Source: Clostridia bacterium (lineage in GTDB: Bacteria > Bacillota > Clostridia > Christensenellales > CAG-138). Taken from it: a stretch of DNA of 64,000 nucleotides. The notes beneath the pieces are model-generated. The model saw nothing but the letters and a program-made list of their open reading frames with translations. It made no database searches and was not told the DNA's origin. Where the stretch lies: contig JAFZRT010000012.1 of the NCBI GenBank assembly GCA_017619735.1, forward strand, positions 319 to 64,318, in the 5' to 3' direction. Position numbers and translations under genes: made by a program. This document shows, in pieces, positions 15,582 to 25,797 of this stretch; position 1 is the first letter of the stretch, and every line of letters begins with the position of its first letter.

Positions 15582-16580
15582 TCAGCGGACGGCGAGCTCG
15601 TATTCCGTGACCTCTTTGAACCTCTCCCCCGCGCGCAGCAGCGTCGTCGGGAATTGCGGCCTGTTCGGACTGTCGGGGAAATGCTGGGTCTCGAGGCATA
15701 CGGCGCCGTTCCTCAGCTGCTTCGCCCCGCCCTTGAGATGCGGCGCTGAGTCCATATCGAGGAAGCCCGCCGTGTAGACGTGCACCGTCGGCTGAGTCGT
15801 GCGGCAGATGAGCGCCGCGCCCGTCTCCGGCGAATAGAGCTCCGCCGCGAGGCGCATGCTCCCGTCCGCGCCGGTTATTGAAAAGCTGTGGTCGAGGCCG
15901 CGTGTAGCGGAAAGCCGCTCGTCCTTCAGCGCGGTGCTCAGCTCCCTCGGCCAGACGAAGTCGAACTCGGTGCCCGCGGTCGGCAGGAGCCGCCCCGTCG
16001 GTATGAGGCCGGCCGCCGTCTCCGCATACCTGTCTGCGTTGACGCGCAGATAATGCCCGCCGACGTCTCCCCCGCCGTTCAGGTTGAAATAGCTGTGGTT
16101 CGTGAGGTTAAGCACGGTGTCCGCGTCGGTCTCCGCCTCGAAGGTCAGGCGCAGCGCGGAGCCCGCGAGCTCATACAGCGCGCTCACCCGGAGCGTTCCC
16201 GGGAAGCCCTCATCCCCGTCGGGGCTCGCGAGGGTGAAGCGGACGCCGTTTTCCGTTTTCTCCGCGTGCCAGAGCCGCCTGCCGAACCCGCCGTGCAGAT
16301 GGTTCGCGCCGTCGTTCTTTTCGAGGAGGTATTCCCTGCCGCCGAGCGTGAAGCGCGCGCCGCCGATCCTGCCGGCATACCTGCCGACGACGGCTCCCAG
16401 GGAGCTGCTGCCCGCGGCGTATCCCGCCGCGTCGCCGTAGCAGAGCACCGTGTTAACGCCGCCGGCGGAAAGCTCCGTCAGCGCCGCGCCGTAGTCGGTG
16501 ACGCCGGCCCTTATCACCCCGTTGTCGAGCGTGAAAAGTCTTGCTCCGGGGCCGAATGCTTTTTCGAATATATTTGTCAT
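15582..16580 (-). CDS. galM: Aldose 1-epimerase (galactose mutarotase)
   Basis: GRYAGRI, NHLHGG, NLTNHSYFNL, CLETQHFPD. Confidence 0.9.
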   Translation of the reverse strand: MTNIFEKAFGPGARLFTLDNGVIRAGVTDYGAALTELSAGGVNTVLCYGDAAGYAAGSSSLGAVVGRYAGRIGGARFTLGGREYLLEKNDGANHLHGGFGRRLWHAEKTENGVRFTLASPDGDEGFPGTLRVSALYELAGSALRLTFEAETDADTVLNLTNHSYFNLNGGGDVGGHYLRVNADRYAETAAGLIPTGRLLPTAGTEFDFVWPRELSTALKDERLSATRGLDHSFSITGADGSMRLAAELYSPETGAALICRTTQPTVHVYTAGFLDMDSAPHLKGGAKQLRNGAVCLETQHFPDSPNRPQFPTTLLRAGERFKEVTEYELAVR

Positions 16581-16753
16581 ACTGGCATTATAGCACACGA
16601 AACGGCATTTGAAAAGCCGGAGCGGAAAAGCCTCGGCAAAGCGCCGACTTTTTCCCGTAAAAACAGCCGAAAAGCCGTATCTCGCACCGTTTGACACGGG
16701 CGGCGGCGAAATGCTATAATTCATTATCATTTTTGATTTCGGAAGGTATTATC

Positions 16754-17761
16754 ATGCTCGAATTCGTCTCGACCTGGGCCAACGGCCGCTTCGGCCTCGC
16801 CGGCTCCATAGTGCTGTTCGTGATCGGCTTTGCCTCTCTCATAAAGGGCGGCGACTGGTTCGTCGACGGCTCCGTCGGCATCGCCAAGAAGTTCCGCATT
16901 CCCGAACTGCTCATCGGCGCGACCGTCGTCTCGATAGGCACCACCCTGCCCGAGGTGATGGTCTCCGCGACCTCCGCCGCGAAGGGCATCAGCTCCATCG
17001 CGTACGGCAACGCCATCGGCTCCGTCATCTGCAACACGGCGCTGATCGCGGCAATCACCGTTGCGATACGCCCCGCCGCCGTCAACAGGAAGGCGCTGAC
17101 TCTGCCCGTCGTCTGCTTCTTCATAGCGGCGGTATTCTACGCGGGCGTCGCGTATTTCGCGGGCGAGTTCTCCCGCCCCGTCGGCGTAATACTGCTCGCC
17201 ATGTTCGTTGTCTACATGGTCATCACCGTGCTCCACGCCAAGAAGCATCCCGACGAGGCGGAGGCCGAAGAGGGCTCCGACAAGGAGCTCGGCCTCGGCA
17301 AGAGCGTGCTGTTCATAATCCTCGGCGCGGCGCTCATCGCGATAGGCGCTAACTTCCTCGTCGACAACGGCACCATAATCGCGCGGAGCTTCGGCGTGCC
17401 GGAGACCGTTATCGCGCTGACCTTCGTGGCGCTCGGCACCAGCCTGCCCGAGCTCGTCACCGCCATCACCTCCCTCGTGAAGGGCCACGGCGCGCTGTCG
17501 CTGGGCAACGTCATAGGCGCCAACATATTCAACCTCGTGCTCGTGTCCGGCATGGCCATCACGATAAAGCCCTTCGCCGTGCCCGCGGAGAAGCTCATAG
17601 GCGGCATGAACGCATCCCTCGTGATCGACATTCCCGTAATGATGGGCGTCATGGCGCTACTCACTCTGCCCGCGGTGTTCTCCGGCAGACTCAAGCGCTG
17701 GCAGGGCGTGCTCCTGCTCGCGATATACGCCGGATTCGTCGTGTTCCAGTTCGTCGGATAA
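16754..17761 (+). CDS. Calcium/sodium antiporter (CaCA, YrbG-like)
   Basis: GTTLPE..GNAIGS and GTSLPE..GNVIGANIFN alpha repeats. Confidence 0.9.
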   Translation: MLEFVSTWANGRFGLAGSIVLFVIGFASLIKGGDWFVDGSVGIAKKFRIPELLIGATVVSIGTTLPEVMVSATSAAKGISSIAYGNAIGSVICNTALIAAITVAIRPAAVNRKALTLPVVCFFIAAVFYAGVAYFAGEFSRPVGVILLAMFVVYMVITVLHAKKHPDEAEAEEGSDKELGLGKSVLFIILGAALIAIGANFLVDNGTIIARSFGVPETVIALTFVALGTSLPELVTAITSLVKGHGALSLGNVIGANIFNLVLVSGMAITIKPFAVPAEKLIGGMNASLVIDIPVMMGVMALLTLPAVFSGRLKRWQGVLLLAIYAGFVVFQFVG

Positions 17762-17862
17762 CGGGTGGAACGCCGATAATATAATCTCAAAAAAGTCTTG
17801 TATTGTTTGAGAATACGGAGTAAAATACCTCTTTGTGGAAAAACCGCAGAAGAGGTATTTTT

Positions 17863-19704
17863 ATGAATGAAAAGATAAGGAACATCGCGATAATCGCTCA
17901 TGTCGACCACGGCAAGACCACCCTCGTCGATCAGCTCCTCCGCCAGAGCGGCGTATTCCGCTCCAACGAGGCGGTGCAGGACAGGGTCATGGACTCCAAC
18001 GACATCGAGCGCGAGCGCGGTATAACGATACTGTCCAAAAACACGGCGGTCAATTATAAGGATTACCGCATCAACATCGTCGACACTCCCGGCCACGCGG
18101 ATTTCGGCGGAGAGGTCGAGCGCATACTGAAGATGGTCGACGGCGTGCTCCTCATGGTCGACGCCTTTGAGGGCTGCATGCCCCAGACGAGGTTCGTGCT
18201 CCGCAAGGCGCTCGAGCTCAAGAAGGTCCCCGTCGTCGTCATCAACAAGATCGACCGCCCCGGCGCACGCCCCTACGAGGTCGCCGACGAGACGCTTTCG
18301 CTCTTCATCGAGCTCGGCGCGGACGACGATCAGCTTGAGTTCCCCATAGTCTACGCCTCCGCGAGGGACGGCGTATCCGGCCTCGATCCCAACGATCTCT
18401 CGCCCGATATGCAGCCGCTGTTCGACACGATAATCTCGGCAGTGCCCGCCCCCTCCTGCGACGAGGCGCTGCCCCTGCAGGTGCTCATCTCCGCCATCGA
18501 CTACGACGATTACGTCGGCCGCATAGGCATCGGCCGCGTCGAGCGCGGCGTCGCGAAGAAGAACCTGCCCGTATGCGTGGGCGTTCCCGGCTCCGGCTCC
18601 CGTCCCGCGAAGCTGACGAAGCTCTACCGTTTCGAGGGGCTTCGCCGCACCGAGGCGGACTCCGTCGCGGCGGGCGACATCATCGCCGTTGCGGGCGTAG
18701 CCGAGCTCTCCATCGGCGAGACCATCTGCGACGCGAACGTTTTCGATCCCCTGCCCTTCGTGCATATCGACGAGCCGACGCTCTCCATGTATTTCATGGT
18801 CAACACCTCCCCCTTCGCGGGCAAGGAGGGCAAGTACGTCACCAGCCGCAACCTGCGCGAGCGGCTTTATAAGGAGGTCCAGACCAACGTCGCACTGCGC
18901 GTGGAGGACACCGACTCCACCGAGGCGTTCAAGGTCTCCGGCCGCGGCGAGCTGCATCTTTCCATACTGATCGAGACCATGCGCCGTCAGGGCTATGAGT
19001 TCGCGGTCTCGCGCCCCAAGGTCATAATGAAGCACGACCAGTACGGCCGTCTCATGGAGCCCATGGAGGAGCTGACGATCGACGTGCCCGCGGAGTACAT
19101 GGGCCCGGTCATGGAGGGCCTCGGCCGCAGGAAGGCCGTCCTCTCCAACATGATCAACGACAACGGCGGCGGCGTGCGCCTGATATTCGACATACCCGCG
19201 CGCGGCCTCATGGGATACCGCTCCGAGCTTTTGACCGACACCCGCGGCAACGGCGTTATGAGCCACATTTTCAAGGGATACGCCCCCTACTCCGGCGACA
19301 TCGAGGAGCGCCTCACCGGCTCCCTCATCGCCTCCGAGACAGGCGACACCAACGCTTACGGCCTTTTCAACACGCAGGACCGCGGCCGCATGTTCGTGAC
19401 GGCGGGCGTCCCCGTATACGAGGGGCAGATAGTCGGCGAGTGCGCGAGGAACGAGGATATCACCATCAACGTCTGCAAGAAGAAGCACATGACGAACACC
19501 CGCGCCTCCGGCTCCGACGAGGCGCTGCGCCTGACCCCGCCCGTCATATTCTCGCTCGAGCAGTGTCTTGAGTTCATCAGGGACGACGAGCTCGTCGAGA
19601 TCACGCCCAAGTCGATAAGGATGCGCAAGCGCTTCCTGTCGAAGGATCAGCGCGTGAAGGACTTCAATCGCCGCATGGCCGAGAAGGCGACCGTCGAGGA
19701 ATAA
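17863..19704 (+). CDS. typA: Translational GTPase TypA/BipA
   Basis: [42 protein letters not shown]. Confidence 0.97.
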   Translation: MNEKIRNIAIIAHVDHGKTTLVDQLLRQSGVFRSNEAVQDRVMDSNDIERERGITILSKNTAVNYKDYRINIVDTPGHADFGGEVERILKMVDGVLLMVDAFEGCMPQTRFVLRKALELKKVPVVVINKIDRPGARPYEVADETLSLFIELGADDDQLEFPIVYASARDGVSGLDPNDLSPDMQPLFDTIISAVPAPSCDEALPLQVLISAIDYDDYVGRIGIGRVERGVAKKNLPVCVGVPGSGSRPAKLTKLYRFEGLRRTEADSVAAGDIIAVAGVAELSIGETICDANVFDPLPFVHIDEPTLSMYFMVNTSPFAGKEGKYVTSRNLRERLYKEVQTNVALRVEDTDSTEAFKVSGRGELHLSILIETMRRQGYEFAVSRPKVIMKHDQYGRLMEPMEELTIDVPAEYMGPVMEGLGRRKAVLSNMINDNGGGVRLIFDIPARGLMGYRSELLTDTRGNGVMSHIFKGYAPYSGDIEERLTGSLIASETGDTNAYGLFNTQDRGRMFVTAGVPVYEGQIVGECARNEDITINVCKKKHMTNTRASGSDEALRLTPPVIFSLEQCLEFIRDDELVEITPKSIRMRKRFLSKDQRVKDFNRRMAEKATVEE

Positions 19705-19866
19705 CGAAAACATGGCCGGGAGCTTGCCTCCCGGCTTTTTCGCACCTTTTTTCCTGCGCAAGCATAGTTTTTACGGACGCGGATCAACTTTTTTCACATC
19801 GGACGGCCTTCCGCTCTTGATTGCGGGGCCGCGGTCTGTTATAGTATTTCAAAAATCAAGGAGCTC

Positions 19867-20835
19867 ATGATGGGATCTGACAATACGAACGGAACAAAGG
19901 CCGCCTTCGAGAGCGAGCTTCGCGAGGTCGAGGAGCACATACTCGACGACTACGGCCTGGAGCGCGTCATAGACCGGCTGGAGCCCTACACCCAGCCCGA
20001 CGGGAACGTCATCCGGGAGCTTATCGAAAAGCTCCTGCGCGTGGTGTTCCCCGGGTATTTCAACGACCGCACCTACCGCATCTACAACCTCAAGAACAGC
20101 GTTTCGAACCTCGTCGAGGATATCGCCTTCCATTTGAGCGGGCAGATCGCGACGGCGCTCCGCTGCGGCGAGCAGCCGACGGAGGAGGGCGGCGAGCGGG
20201 CTCGGGCAGAGCGCATAACCGCCGAGTTCCTCAGCCGCATACCCGCGATACGCGCGCTCGTCGACACGGATCTTTCCGCCGCCTTCGACGGGGATCCCTC
20301 CGCCGCCAGCCGCGAGGAGATAATCATCGCCTACCCCGGCCTCTACGCCACCGCGGTAAGCCGCCTCGCGCACGAGCTGTTCACGCTCGGCGTGCCGCTC
20401 ATACCCCGCATAATGACCGAGTATGCGCACAGCCGCACGGGTATCGACATACACCCCGGCGCGACGATAGGCAAATACTTCTTCATCGACCACGGCACGG
20501 GCGTCGTGATAGGCGAAACGACGGTCATAGGCGACGGAGTGCGCCTGTATCAGGGCGTCACGATTGGCGCGATATCGACCCGTCTGGGGCACCGCCTGCG
20601 CGGGCAGAAGCGCCACCCGACCATAGAGGACAACGTCACGATTTACGCCGGCGCGTCCATACTGGGCGGCGACACGGTGATCGGGCACGATTCGATAATC
20701 GGCTCCAACGCGTTCATTACCCGCTCCATCGCCCCGGGCACGAGGGTGAGCATAAAGAATCAGGAGCTCGTTTTCAAGAGCGGCAAGGGTTATGTCGCCC
20801 CTGAGGAGGCGCCCGTCTGGTTCTACGTTATCTGA
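19867..20835 (+). CDS. cysE: Serine O-acetyltransferase
   Basis: GDPSA, TGIDIHPGA, FIDHGTGVVIGET, KRHPT; precedes cysK. Confidence 0.9.
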   Translation: MMGSDNTNGTKAAFESELREVEEHILDDYGLERVIDRLEPYTQPDGNVIRELIEKLLRVVFPGYFNDRTYRIYNLKNSVSNLVEDIAFHLSGQIATALRCGEQPTEEGGERARAERITAEFLSRIPAIRALVDTDLSAAFDGDPSAASREEIIIAYPGLYATAVSRLAHELFTLGVPLIPRIMTEYAHSRTGIDIHPGATIGKYFFIDHGTGVVIGETTVIGDGVRLYQGVTIGAISTRLGHRLRGQKRHPTIEDNVTIYAGASILGGDTVIGHDSIIGSNAFITRSIAPGTRVSIKNQELVFKSGKGYVAPEEAPVWFYVI

Positions 20836-20867
20836 ACGACACGGCTTAAGCCGGGAAAGGTGTTTTT

Positions 20868-21800
20868 ATGGCAAGGATATTCTCTTCCGCCGACGAGCTC
20901 ATCGGCCGTACGCCGATGCTGGAGCTCACAAGGACCGAAAAAGCCGAGGAGCTCTCCGCGAGGCTCTTCGCGAAGCTCGAATACTTCAACCCCGCGGGCA
21001 GCGCGAAGGACCGCGTCGCCCTCAGCATGATAAACGATGCGGAAAGGTCGGGCAAGCTCCGCCCCGGCTCCGTGATAATCGAGCCGACCTCCGGCAACAC
21101 GGGCATCGGGCTTGCGTTCATCGCCGCTCTGCGCGGATACAGGTCCATTATCGTGATGCCCGAGACCATGAGCCAGGAGCGCCGCCGCATGATACAGGCG
21201 TACGGCGCGGAGATAGTGCTTACCGACGGCAGGAAGGGCATGAAGGGCGCCATCGACAAGGCGGAGGAGCTGGCGAAGGAGATCGACGGCAGCTTCATCC
21301 CCGCGCAGTTCGACAACCCCGCAAATCCCGCCGCCCATTTCTACGGCACCGGCCCCGAGATATACGAGGACATGGGCGGCCGTATCGACATATTCGTCGC
21401 GGGGATAGGCACGGGCGGCACGATAACGGGCGTCGGCGAGTATCTCAAGAGCCGCGATCCCTCCGTCTGCGTGGTCGGCGTGGAGCCGGCCTCCTCCCCC
21501 GTGCTCACCTCCGGCAAGGCCGGCCCGCACGGCATACAGGGCATCGGCGCGGGCTTCGTGCCGAAGGTGCTGAAAAGCTCCGTGCTGGACGGCGTCATCC
21601 CCGTCAGCGACGAAGACGCTTTCGAGACGGCGCGCCTCATCGCCTGCCGGGACGGCGTATTCGTCGGCATATCCTCCGGCGCGGCCGCATGGGCGGCGAT
21701 TTCCCTAGCCAAAAGGCACGAGAACTCCGGCAAGAACATAGTCGTGCTCCTTCCCGACGGCGGCTCGAGATACCTCTCCACCGCCCTGTTCGAGGACTGA
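20868..21800 (+). CDS. cysK: Cysteine synthase A
   Basis: NPAGSAKDR, EPTSGNTG, GTGGT, HGIQGIGAG. Confidence 0.95.
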   Translation: MARIFSSADELIGRTPMLELTRTEKAEELSARLFAKLEYFNPAGSAKDRVALSMINDAERSGKLRPGSVIIEPTSGNTGIGLAFIAALRGYRSIIVMPETMSQERRRMIQAYGAEIVLTDGRKGMKGAIDKAEELAKEIDGSFIPAQFDNPANPAAHFYGTGPEIYEDMGGRIDIFVAGIGTGGTITGVGEYLKSRDPSVCVVGVEPASSPVLTSGKAGPHGIQGIGAGFVPKVLKSSVLDGVIPVSDEDAFETARLIACRDGVFVGISSGAAAWAAISLAKRHENSGKNIVVLLPDGGSRYLSTALFED

Positions 21801-21973
21801 GAACGTCGCATCGCATCCAAAAAGCTCCCTTTGTGGAGCTTTTTTGTGAATAATCTGTAAAAGCTGCCCCGTCCCGCCCCCGCGGGGAGGCCGCTCCGCC
21901 CGCGCGAGCTTGATTCGCACATATGTTTCTGTTATAATATATGTGTAGAAAAATCCCCTTACGGAGCCGAAAA

Positions 21974-22702
21974 ATGAAGGAAAGCTTTTATCGCACGGCA
22001 ATGCTGCTGGGCGAAGACGCAGAAGAGATACTCGGCGGCGCCCACGCGGCGGTGTTCGGAGCGGGCGGAGTCGGCGGACACGCCTGCGACGCTCTCGCGC
22101 GGTGCGGGGTCGGCCGCATTACCGTGGTCGACTGCGCCAGGGTCAAGCCGAGCAACCTTAACCGTCAGGTCTGCGCCGAGAAGGCGACCGTCGGCATGGA
22201 CAAGACCGAGGCCATGAAGCGGCATATCGAGGCGGTCTCCGACTGCGCGGTCACCGCGGTCAGCGCCTTTGTCACGGCCGAGAACGCGGCCGAGCTGATT
22301 CCCGCGGACGCCGACGTCGTGATCGACGCCGTGGACAACGTGACGGCGAAGCTCGCGTTAATCGCCGAATGCATACGCCGCGGGATACCCGTGCTCTCCT
22401 CCATGGGCGCGGGGAACCGGCTCGACCCGACCGCGGTGCGGCTCGCCGATATCTACAAGACCACGACCGACCCTCTGGCCCGCGTCATGCGGCGCGAGCT
22501 GAAAAAGCGCGGCGTTAAAAAGCTCACCGTCGCATACTCCGTCGAGGAGCCGAAGGTCCCCGTCATGGAGGCCCCCGATCCCGATATGAAGCGCAATGCT
22601 CCCGCTTCCGTCCCGTTCGTGCCCGCAGTGTTCGGCATAACTCTCGCGGCGGCGGCGGTCGATACCATTCTGAAAAAAAGGAAGACCGAGAATGAACAAT
22701 AA
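21974..22702 (+). CDS. ThiF-family tRNA threonylcarbamoyladenosine dehydratase (TcdA-like)
   Basis: GAGGVG, SNLNRQ, SMGAGNRLDP, DPLARVMRRELKK. Confidence 0.85.
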   Translation: MKESFYRTAMLLGEDAEEILGGAHAAVFGAGGVGGHACDALARCGVGRITVVDCARVKPSNLNRQVCAEKATVGMDKTEAMKRHIEAVSDCAVTAVSAFVTAENAAELIPADADVVIDAVDNVTAKLALIAECIRRGIPVLSSMGAGNRLDPTAVRLADIYKTTTDPLARVMRRELKKRGVKKLTVAYSVEEPKVPVMEAPDPDMKRNAPASVPFVPAVFGITLAAAAVDTILKKRKTENEQ

Positions 22703-24923
22703 ACCTATGATATCAAAAGGAAAGGCGGGGCTTGCCGCAAGGATCGCGGCGTGCGCGCTGTGCGCCGTGTTCCTGATCGTCTCGATCCCCGTCACGGGGG
22801 CCGCCGCGCTCTCCGCCTCGCTCCGTCCCGATGCTGACGGCGCCGCGAGGGTCAGGACGGGCGTATCCTCCGAAACGGGCGATCCCATACGCGGCATCGC
22901 CGGCATAGACGACGTGAAGGCCCCCTCCCCCACGGAGGACTTCACCACGATCCGCGTGCTGATATCCACGGGCAACACGTCCTACATCCATCTGGATCTC
23001 GGCACGAGCTATTATATCCCCGACGCGAACGTCACCCTTACCGGCACGGAGGCCTCTCCCCGCCTCATAAAGGTCGCCGTTTCCGACGGCGGCGTCAAGA
23101 TCACCGACCGCAGCACGGGCGACGTCATCGCCTCCGGCGAAACAGTCGAGCTCGAGCGCGTGACGATAGGCTACGAGGCGGGCGTCGCAAAGCTCACCTA
23201 CTGCGAGAACAGCAATACCCTTGACAGGATGTACCTCGGCGATCTCAGGTTCAGCGCCGCTTCCGGCAAGGTGCGCTTCATCAACACAGTCCCCATGGCG
23301 TACTATCTGTACGGCATAGTCGGCTACGAGCTCAACACCTCCAGCTATCCCGAGGCGCTGAAGGCGCAGGCCATAGCGGCGAAGACATACGGCATATTCT
23401 TCATGGACTTCTCCGAGGGCTCCGAATACGACGTGCAGGACGGCTGGACGAGTGCGCTGTATCAGGCCTACCGCGGCTTCCGCGAGAACCGCCTCGTCAC
23501 TATGCCCTACTGCATCTGCGTCGCGGGCGAGGCGCTGACCTATAACGGCAGGTTCATACCGACCTTCTACGGCCACTCCGACGGCGGCGAGACCGCCCTT
23601 CCCTCGCAGGTGTTCGGCAGCAGTCAGTACGACGTCGGCTACGACGTGTACATAGACGATATCGAGTTCGACAACAACTCCGGCAGCAAGCAACTCATCA
23701 ACGTCGAATACGGCGGCGTCGGCGATTCCAGCCGCTTCCGCGACTTCATTTTAGGCAAGATCAACGACCTCTTCGGCGAGGATTCCTTCGCCGTGGTGTC
23801 GATAAACGACCTTTACACGTTCGATCCGGTCGAGGGCACGCAGCGCAACATGCGCAAGCTCCACGTGACCGCGACCGTCAAGCACTATATCGAGGTCATA
23901 CCCACTCCCGAGCCCACGGAGGAGCCGACTCCCGAGCCGGAGCTCGACGAGGAGCCCGATCCCACCGAGACCGCGGCCCCCACCGACGAGCCCACGCCCG
24001 AGCCCACGGCGACGCCCGGGCCCGTACAGGTGGAGGTCGAGGAGGAGTTCACTTTCGAGTGTCCGACGAGCCAGCTGAGGAGCTACGCCCTCTCCGATAT
24101 AGACGGCAGCGGTGACAACTACTCGAGCAGCAAATACGTCTTCACGTCGAACTACAAGCTCTACTGGGGCAAACAGACGGAGAACGGCTACACCCTGATA
24201 TTCTCCCGCTACGGCAACGGCGTCGGCCTTTCGCAGATAGGCGCGCTCGCCCGCGCGAACCCCGATACCTACGCGCAGGATTACCGCGAGATACTTGCGT
24301 TCTACTTCCCTCATTTCGACCTCGTCGAGATAACGGAGCAGACTCCGGAGGAGATGGGCGGCCCGTCGCCGACGCTGGCTCCGCCCCTCGCATACGCCGT
24401 CTGCACGGACGACAACACCAATTTCCGCATGGGGCCGTCCACGAGCTATCCCAGCATGGGCAAGGTCCAGACGGACGAGCATCTCGATCTGCTTGAGGCG
24501 ACCTCCAACGGCTGGTACAAGGCCCGCTGGAACGGCATGACGGGCTATATCATAATGGACTACGTGCGGATAATACTGTTCCCGTCCCCGCAGGACGGGC
24601 TGTACATACTGACCGACGGCACCACCGACACGACCTGCAACCTGCGCTCCGAGCCCTACATCCGGAGCACCAACGTGATAACGCGGCTGCCCGCGGGCAC
24701 CGCCTTCACGAGCTGGATGCACTTCGGCAAATGGCATTACGTGACCACGGAGAACGGCTATGCCGGCTTCGTCAGCTCCGCCGTCGTGACGTTCTCCGAC
24801 CCGTATGAGTACACCGGCGTCGAAAGTCTCGTCTACAAGCAGTACCCGACTCTCCCGCCGCCCGGCTCGTCGCTGAAGCCCGCGCTCCCTCCCGCCTTCG
24901 GGAAGGAGCAGCCGAGGGGCTGA
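22692..24923 (+). CDS. SpoIID/LytB-domain protein with Pro/Thr/Glu linker and two C-terminal SH3b domains
   Basis: YLYGIVGYE, EALKAQAIAAKTY, GVGLSQIGA, ILAFYFP; NFRMGPST and NLRSEP SH3 motifs. Confidence 0.85.
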   Translation: MNNKPMISKGKAGLAARIAACALCAVFLIVSIPVTGAAALSASLRPDADGAARVRTGVSSETGDPIRGIAGIDDVKAPSPTEDFTTIRVLISTGNTSYIHLDLGTSYYIPDANVTLTGTEASPRLIKVAVSDGGVKITDRSTGDVIASGETVELERVTIGYEAGVAKLTYCENSNTLDRMYLGDLRFSAASGKVRFINTVPMAYYLYGIVGYELNTSSYPEALKAQAIAAKTYGIFFMDFSEGSEYDVQDGWTSALYQAYRGFRENRLVTMPYCICVAGEALTYNGRFIPTFYGHSDGGETALPSQVFGSSQYDVGYDVYIDDIEFDNNSGSKQLINVEYGGVGDSSRFRDFILGKINDLFGEDSFAVVSINDLYTFDPVEGTQRNMRKLHVTATVKHYIEVIPTPEPTEEPTPEPELDEEPDPTETAAPTDEPTPEPTATPGPVQVEVEEEFTFECPTSQLRSYALSDIDGSGDNYSSSKYVFTSNYKLYWGKQTENGYTLIFSRYGNGVGLSQIGALARANPDTYAQDYREILAFYFPHFDLVEITEQTPEEMGGPSPTLAPPLAYAVCTDDNTNFRMGPSTSYPSMGKVQTDEHLDLLEATSNGWYKARWNGMTGYIIMDYVRIILFPSPQDGLYILTDGTTDTTCNLRSEPYIRSTNVITRLPAGTAFTSWMHFGKWHYVTTENGYAGFVSSAVVTFSDPYEYTGVESLVYKQYPTLPPPGSSLKPALPPAFGKEQPRG

Positions 24924-24972
24924 GGACCGACTTTCGGGACGCCTTGAAGCATATGCTTCCGGCGTCCTTTTT

Positions 24973-25653
24973 TCACGGCAGATCGGTCGGGATGAGGTTC
25001 AGCATATCGTCCTCGTTCGCGACGTTCGTATAGACCTGCGGCACCCTGCCGACGACGACCGTCTGGCAGAGGGGCACGGTGCCCTCGACCTCCACCCTCT
25101 CGTCCCGCCCCGCGAGGAGCAGCACTATCTCCGCCCGGAGCGTCAAGTCGACGGTGAAGAGGCTCTGGTTGATGCCCGCGGACACGAGGCGCGGAGCGAC
25201 GCCGTACCCGACGGCGCCCGCCGGTCGGAAGCAGACCTCGATCTCCGGCCCGCGCCCCGACAGGAGCGCGGCGCCGCTCAGCGTGCCCAATTCCACGCCG
25301 ACGCCGACCCTGCCCGCATCCGACAGCCGTTCCTGAGCGTCTGCGGTGATACGGGCGGCAAGCGCGGCGAGCTTTGCCGGATCGGCGGTTATTATGAAGC
25401 TCTCCTCCCCCGTCTGCATGACGGAGAGGAGCTCGCCGCCGTCCTGTGCCGCCTGCGCGGCCGCCTCGGTAAGCGCCCGCCACGCGATCTCCGTCACGCG
25501 CTCCCGCGCAAGGCAGACGAGCGGCCGCCGTATCGCCGCGTTCACAGCCGCAAACGCCGCAAACGCTAAAAGAACGGCGATGAGCGCCGCAAGGGCGGCC
25601 CTGCCCGCAGCCCGCTTCCTTCTCCATGCTTTTATGACCTTATCCGCGTCCAT
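24973..25653 (-). CDS. yunB: Sporulation protein YunB-like
   Basis: LGTLSG..LLSGRGP, SAGINQS, VVVGRVPQVY. Confidence 0.8.
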   Translation of the reverse strand: MDADKVIKAWRRKRAAGRAALAALIAVLLAFAAFAAVNAAIRRPLVCLARERVTEIAWRALTEAAAQAAQDGGELLSVMQTGEESFIITADPAKLAALAARITADAQERLSDAGRVGVGVELGTLSGAALLSGRGPEIEVCFRPAGAVGYGVAPRLVSAGINQSLFTVDLTLRAEIVLLLAGRDERVEVEGTVPLCQTVVVGRVPQVYTNVANEDDMLNLIPTDLP

Positions 25654-25797
25654 GCTGCAGAATATGCCGCCGGGGCCTTTTTTGTTAAAACGCAACCGCG
25701 GGTTGGCATTTTTCGGGCGTTTGCAACTCATTCTTTCGGTGACAAGCGCGTATCCGTATGGTATAATACCGTCATAAAAACGATCGGAGGTGATCCA

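Noticed and set aside
17212-19761. 849-aa minus-strand ORF
   Set aside because: Antisense shadow of typA and the antiporter caused by high GC3 codon bias; no motifs or RBS.
23895-24025. Short tandem DNA repeats (CCCGAGCCCACG-like)
   Set aside because: Explained by the encoded Pro/Thr/Glu linker.
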